The notes beneath the pieces were generated by a model, which saw only the letters and a program-made list of their open reading frames with translations, had not been told where the DNA came from and did not search any database. Of a DNA stretch of 64,000 nucleotides, positions 58,516-64,000 are shown one piece after another; position 1 is the first letter of the stretch; every line of letters begins with the position of its first letter. This stretch comes from the human T2T-CHM13v2.0 reference genome, Homo sapiens, in NCBI RefSeq assembly GCF_009914755.1, contig NC_060932.1; one strand, written 5' to 3'. Both the position numbers and the translations under genes were made by a program.

Positions 58516-61500
58516 ATTTTTGATAGTCCGATTCATCCGCTCCACCTTTCCGGAACTCTGAGGCCGGGAGGTGCCATGCAGTTTCCGTGTGATCCCCAAT
58601 ACCTTTGCCGTCTTCTGTACCAAGGCAGCCAAAAACGCAGGCCCATTTTCTGAGCCGATCTGTAAGGGCGGTTGAAATCTAGGAATCACATCTCGAAGAA
58701 GCACAGGGGTTACTTCACGAGCTTTCTCAGTTCGTGTTGGATAGGCCTCCACCCACCCAGAGTAGGTACGCCCAAGAACTAGTACATACTTGTTACCTCC
58801 ACACTTTGGCATCTCTGTGAAGTCCACCTGGAGACCTTCAAAGGGGGCTGCTCCATAAGCTTCTATGGCGGGCGGAACGGCTGGACCTTGCCTCGCATCA
58901 TGCTGTCGCAGGTAACACACCGCTGCCTCACCGTTTTGGCAAGGGCTGACAAAGGCGAGATGTAGAAATACCGGCCTAACAACTTTTCCAGTGACTCCTG
59001 ACCTCGATGGGTGGTTTCTTGCACAGCCAGTACAACTGCGACTCCTAGCAGCTGTGGCACAGCTACTCTCCCATCTGGTAACCGAATCCATCCTTCCTCC
59101 ATCACTTGTCCTTCCCACTACCTAGAGAAAGTCCTTTTCTTCTTTAGAAGAAGTAGGTCCAAGATCAGGTGCTTGAGGGAGCACTGATGCCCAGAAGGGT
59201 GCAGATGCTGCTTTTCGAGCCTCTGAGTCAGCGCGGGAATTCCACAAACCCAGCAAGGTGGAAGCTCGCTGGTGTCTTCTGCAATGCACAACTGCCACCT
59301 TGTGGGGTTTCCATACTGCTCCTAATCATTGCAAGATTTCTTCTTGATATTTTCTGTCTTTTCCCCCAGAGTTCAATAGGCCCTTTTCTTTCTATCACGC
59401 TCCATGCACTTGAAGGGTTAAAAAGACATACCGAGAATCAGTGTAAATGTTGACAGTCTCACCCTCACTGAGTTCTAAGGCCCGAATGAAAGCAATGAGT
59501 TCAGCTTACTGGACTGAAGTGGCCTGGGGCAACGATCTGGCTTCAACAACAGTGTCCAGAGTTATCACTGCATACCCTGCACCTCTCTCTCCTTGGGGGT
59601 TGAAGAAGCTGCTCCCATCCACGTATAGTTCCCAGTCTACTGATGCCCAAGGCTGGTCCCGGAGGTCAGGTCTGCTAGAGTCAACAGAGTCCAACACTTC
59701 TATACAATCATGATCAACAGGGCTCTCTGATACTGGGAGCAAGGTGGCAGGGTGTAGGGTGTTACAAACTTCAATAGTTATGAGGGGATTTTCGCAGAGC
59801 AGTTTGGTACTTGGTGAGTCTGACATTCGTTAGCCAATGATGTCCTTTAGTATTCATTAAAGTCACCACAGCACGGGAGGCCTTTATGTTCAGGTTTTGC
59901 CCAAGAGTCAGCTTATTTGCTTCTTATACTGGCAGGGCAGTTGGTGCCAAGGCCCTCCAACAGGGGGGCCATCGTTTAGAAACCCCGTCTAGTTGTTGAG
60001 AGAGGTAGGCCACCGGCCTCGGCCAGGGCCCCACAGTTTGGGTTGAAATTCCAGCTGCCATCTTTTCTCTCTCTGATGCATACAATAGAAAAGGCTTTGT
60101 CAGATTGGGTAGCCCCAGGGCTGGCGCTGCCAGAAGTTTTTCCTTTAACTCATAAAAGACTTGCTGTTGTTGGGATCCACATTCCAAAGGTTACCTGTCC
60201 CCACCCCCTTTGTGACCTCATACAAAGGCTTGGCTAATAGTGCAAAGTTTGGGACCCACAGTCTACAAAACCCCACGGCTCCTAAGAATTCTCTCACCTG
60301 CCTTCTGCTCTTAGGCTTTGCTAGATGGCAAATGACCTGCTTTCTTTCTGATCCCGGGCTGCGTTCCGACCCCTGTCAGATAGTAAATCCCAAGTAACGT
60401 ACCTGCTGTCAGCAGTTCTGAGCTTTCTTCTTGGACACCTTCTACCCACAGTCCTCCAGGTGCCGGTGTAGGGCATCTTTTCCCTTGGCACACCCGACTG
60501 CCGTGGGGTGTCCCAGCAGAAGGTCATCAACCTGCTGGAGCAACACGCAGCCTAGGTCTCTGCTGGGAAACTTCTGGAGGTCTGGAGCCCATGCCTCCCC
60601 GAAGATGGTACCCTTGGGGAAGCCCGGTCCAAGTGTACTGAGTAGTGACACCTGACTCTGGATCTTCCCACTGAAAGGCAAACAACTTCTGCCTCTCAGG
60701 GGCTAATCTGATAGGAAAGAAACCGTCTTTCAGGTCCAAGCAGGTGAACCAGCTGTCCTCACCTGGCGGCAACCCCAACAATGTGGACGGGTTAGGTACT
60801 GTTGGATGTAAAGTCAGTGTAGCTTAATGAAGCAAGCGCAAATCCTGTACCGGCCGGTAGTCCTTGGTCCATGGCTTGGGAACAGGCAGGAGGGGAGTGT
60901 TCCATGGAGACTGACAAGGAACAATCATTCCAAAAGTTCTTAGGTGCTTGAGATGGACCTGGATACCTTGAAGGGCTTCTCTGGGGACCGGCTCCTGTTT
61001 TTGCCTCACTGGCAGGGCCCCAGTCTTAACTGGCAAATCCCGGAGGGTTGTCTTCTGCCCGTACTCTTGGCCACCGCTTAGCCAGAGCTGGTCTTCTCTC
61101 TTGGCCCGGCTCAGTTCAGAAAAGTCTCCATTCCTCCTCTCGGGGGACCGTAAGGGTCATAATGACTCCCGTTCTGGGTAACCTTAGCAACGAAGATCCG
61201 TGCTCTGTCAAACAGATAGTGGTTCTCAGCTTGCTGAGCAAGTTCCTTAACGAAAAGGTCAAGGGACAGTCAGGCATGTACCAAAACTGATGAATGACTT
61301 TATGTCCTCCTACAGTACAAGTCCGAGGCAAGCAGAAAGCTTGCTTTGCTGAAACCCCCTTGGCTCCGATGACGTCAGTAGTCTTTTTGGATAAGGGGGT
61401 GACCGGGGCGGTTACTACCGAATGTTCAGCACCGCTATCTACAAGAAAGTCAATGTCTCCACCCCCGACTCTCATTCTGACCAGAGGCTCAATGGGGACG

Positions 61501-62571
61501 CTTGAGCCCGGTCTCCCTCAGTCCAAGAACCCTTCTGCCAGGTTGAGCAGGGCCTATTCGTCCTTGTCCAGGGCCTCCTGCTCTGAGTCACCTTGTTTTC
61601 TTTTGAGCTCAGGGCATTTGTTCTTCCACTGTCCTATTTCTTTACAATCAGCACACTGGTTACGCTGCAAACTCTGACAGCCAAGCTGAGTTTCTTTCCC
61701 AGGGCCCTCCTTCCCTTGCCTCTTTGTTGGGGGGCCCCTCTGATTGATGCAGCTGACAAACAGGTCGGCGTGTCGCCGGGCCTGACTTCCATTCTCTTTG
61801 TCGTTTTCCTTACGGCTTACTGCATCCCTGTTTACAAACACCTGGCCAGCTATTTCTAGTAATTGGGATGGATTCATCCCTGCAAGCCCAGCCTGTTTCT
61901 GCAGTTTTCTTCTCATGTCTTCTGCGCTTTGACGGACTAAAGCCATGGGAATCATGCGCTGATTTTCAGGGCTATCGGGATCAAAGGGAGTATACATACG
62001 ATAGGCCTCCCACAGTCTCTCGTAGAATTGTGCTGGACTTTCTTCTTCTCCCTGAATGACCTCAGAGAGCTTGTTAACATTTGTGGCCTTCTGAGCTCCC
62101 CTCATTAATCCTTCCAAGAGAGCTTCCCTGTCTCGGTTTAGCCTTGGCATATCCTCTCTTCCATGTGGGTCCAACTGGGGGTCGGTTCCTGGCAACTGGG
62201 TCCTTCCATAGTCTTGGGGGTTTTGATACTCAGTTGGTGCATGTTCCTCTAGCCACTTAGTTGCTGCTTGGAGGACTCTCCGCCTTTCTTCGCTGTTAAA
62301 GAGGAACATGAGCAACTGGTGCCAATCAGCCCAGGTGTGGTTGTGGGTCTGGATAACAGCTTGGAGCAAATCAATTAGGGATTGTGGCTTTTCGGTATAG
62401 GGCGGTGTATTGTTTTTCCAGTTGAGAAGGTCGACGCAGGTGAAGGGCTGGTACCCAAAAACACGCCTCTCCACCACGTGACCATCCTCATCTATCCCAG
62501 TCTATCGCTGCTCTATCAGGGGCATTTGTGTCCCCGTTTAGGGTCATAAACGAGCTGCCGAGGGAGGGGTA
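58516..62571 (-). mobile_element. LTR-less, env-less HERV-E-like gag-pro-pol fragment (~4.1 kb), decayed
   Basis: Gag QPFTCVDLLNWKNNTPPYTEKPQ...QGEEESPAQFYERL; knuckle CADCKEIGQWKNKC (His lost); protease FLVDSGAEHS; [14 protein letters not shown] and QVDD (YVDD mutated); RNase H YVDGSSF; integrase LQVDFTEM...PQSSGKVERMNRTIK. Multiple stops and frameshifts. Confidence 0.92.
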
Positions 62572-62594
62572 CAATGGCGCAATGCGACTTGCCG

Positions 62595-62935
62595 CAATTA
62601 ATAATCTCAATTATTAATTCACACTAATATTTATCAATATTAATAACCCATAATATAATTTTTAAAATCAATACTGATAATAATGATAATTAATATTAAA
62701 TATTTATGCTAACGATAATAATACATGATTAATATTAATGATTAATGAGACCTGATATTAATAACTGATATTGATCTTATTCATTAGAAAACAGTAATAT
62801 TAGCTCCTAATAATTCTTGTTAATATTAATAATCTGAAAACTATTTATTAGCAATTATTTCTTAATATTAATATTAATATTGGTCATTCATATTGATGTT
62901 AATAAATGAGGTATAATTCATGCTCATATTACACC
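62595..62935. repeat. AT-rich low-complexity tract
   Basis: Reiterated TAATATTAAT-like words with very few G or C. Confidence 0.9.
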
Positions 62936-64000
62936 CTAATACCTCAGTGGGTGTACACCCACCTGTGATATTGCTCCTAAAGTCCAGTGAGGGAGAGAGT
63001 ATGATATTAAGTTCAATATCGCAGTAGGTGTACACACAGCCGGTGATATTGATCTGAATATAATCTCCAGGGGGTGGAGTATGACGTTATTCCCAATATA
63101 GCACTGGGTGTGCATCCACCCGTTGATTTTGCTCCTAATATTCACCGAAGAAGAGAATGCTGTTACTCCCAAAATAGCAGGAAGTGTACACCCCCGAGTG
63201 AGATGGTCCCTAAAAATATTCCAAGGCCGAGGGGGTGATGTGACGACATATACGGCAGAAAGGGGACACCCCCAAGGATATTGTTGGCATGATCCTGGAG
63301 GGAAGAGGATAATATTACTTTCAATATCAGAAAAGGCGGACATGCCCCCAGTGATATTGTTTCTAATTGCAACGTGGGACAGGAGGACATGACACCCGAT
63401 ATCCCAGGGAGTAGAAACAGCCCTGAGATACTGTACCTAATATTCAGGGAGGAAGAGGATGATATGACTCCCAATACAGACGAGTGTACAACTTCTGCAC
63501 ATCCAGGGTGTACACAGGTCTGTGAAACAGTTCATAATCTGCAGAAGGGGAGATGATATTACTCACAATATGATAAACAGGCTGTGAGACCACCGCGGAT
63601 CCTAAGAGCCAGGCGGGCAAGAGGGGCTGGCTCTTACTCCCCGCATCGCGGGAGGCGCCTCACCCCCCTGCCATGTGGATCGTCATATCCAGGAGGCGAG
63701 AGCGGGGTGATATGGCTCCCCGCATCGTGGGGTGCTCCTCACCCCCCTGCGATGTGCTTCGTCATATCTAAGGCGGGTAGTGGGGAGTGATATTGCTCCC
63801 CGATTTTTCCTTGGATTCTTTCTGTACTGCCACCCTCGTTTCACGCCCTGGCCCATTATCTTCCATATTCTCGCAAGATGCGGCTGCTAAAGTCGCAGGG
63901 GCTATACACCCTTCAATATTTTTCGTAATTTTGTTGGGGATTGTTAAACCTGATATCACAGGACTCTTTACACTGTGATGTTATTCCCAATATCCTAGCG
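62936..64000. repeat. Second array of the same satellite, same orientation, running off the window end
   Basis: 'gggtgtacacccacctgtgatattgctcctaa...gagagtatgatattaagttcaatatcgcag'; GC-rich variant units at about 63585-63805. Confidence 0.88.

Overview
Repeat-rich human genomic DNA; a near-consensus AluYb8 at 41341-41653 points to human. No intact known protein-coding gene is present. The mix of an OR7E olfactory-receptor pseudogene, VPS51 and RPS24 processed pseudogenes, and an LTR-less HERV-E gag-pro-pol fragment inside ~75-bp satellite arrays is typical of the multi-copy OR7E-containing segmental duplications; which paralog this is cannot be determined from the sequence alone. The main structure is a 6-7 kb tandem duplication (~25.3-32.4 kb and ~32.4-38.6 kb) whose junction is a chimeric Alu carrying the left target-site flank of one Alu and the right flank of another. 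Each copy holds a CpG island with a candidate minus-strand four-exon unit of unknown identity. The window also has solo LTR12C and LTR5 elements with intact TSDs, many Alu/L1/L2/MIR/DNA-transposon relics, and an Alu-born 17-bp minisatellite. All family assignments come from recalled consensus or protein sequences, not database searches.
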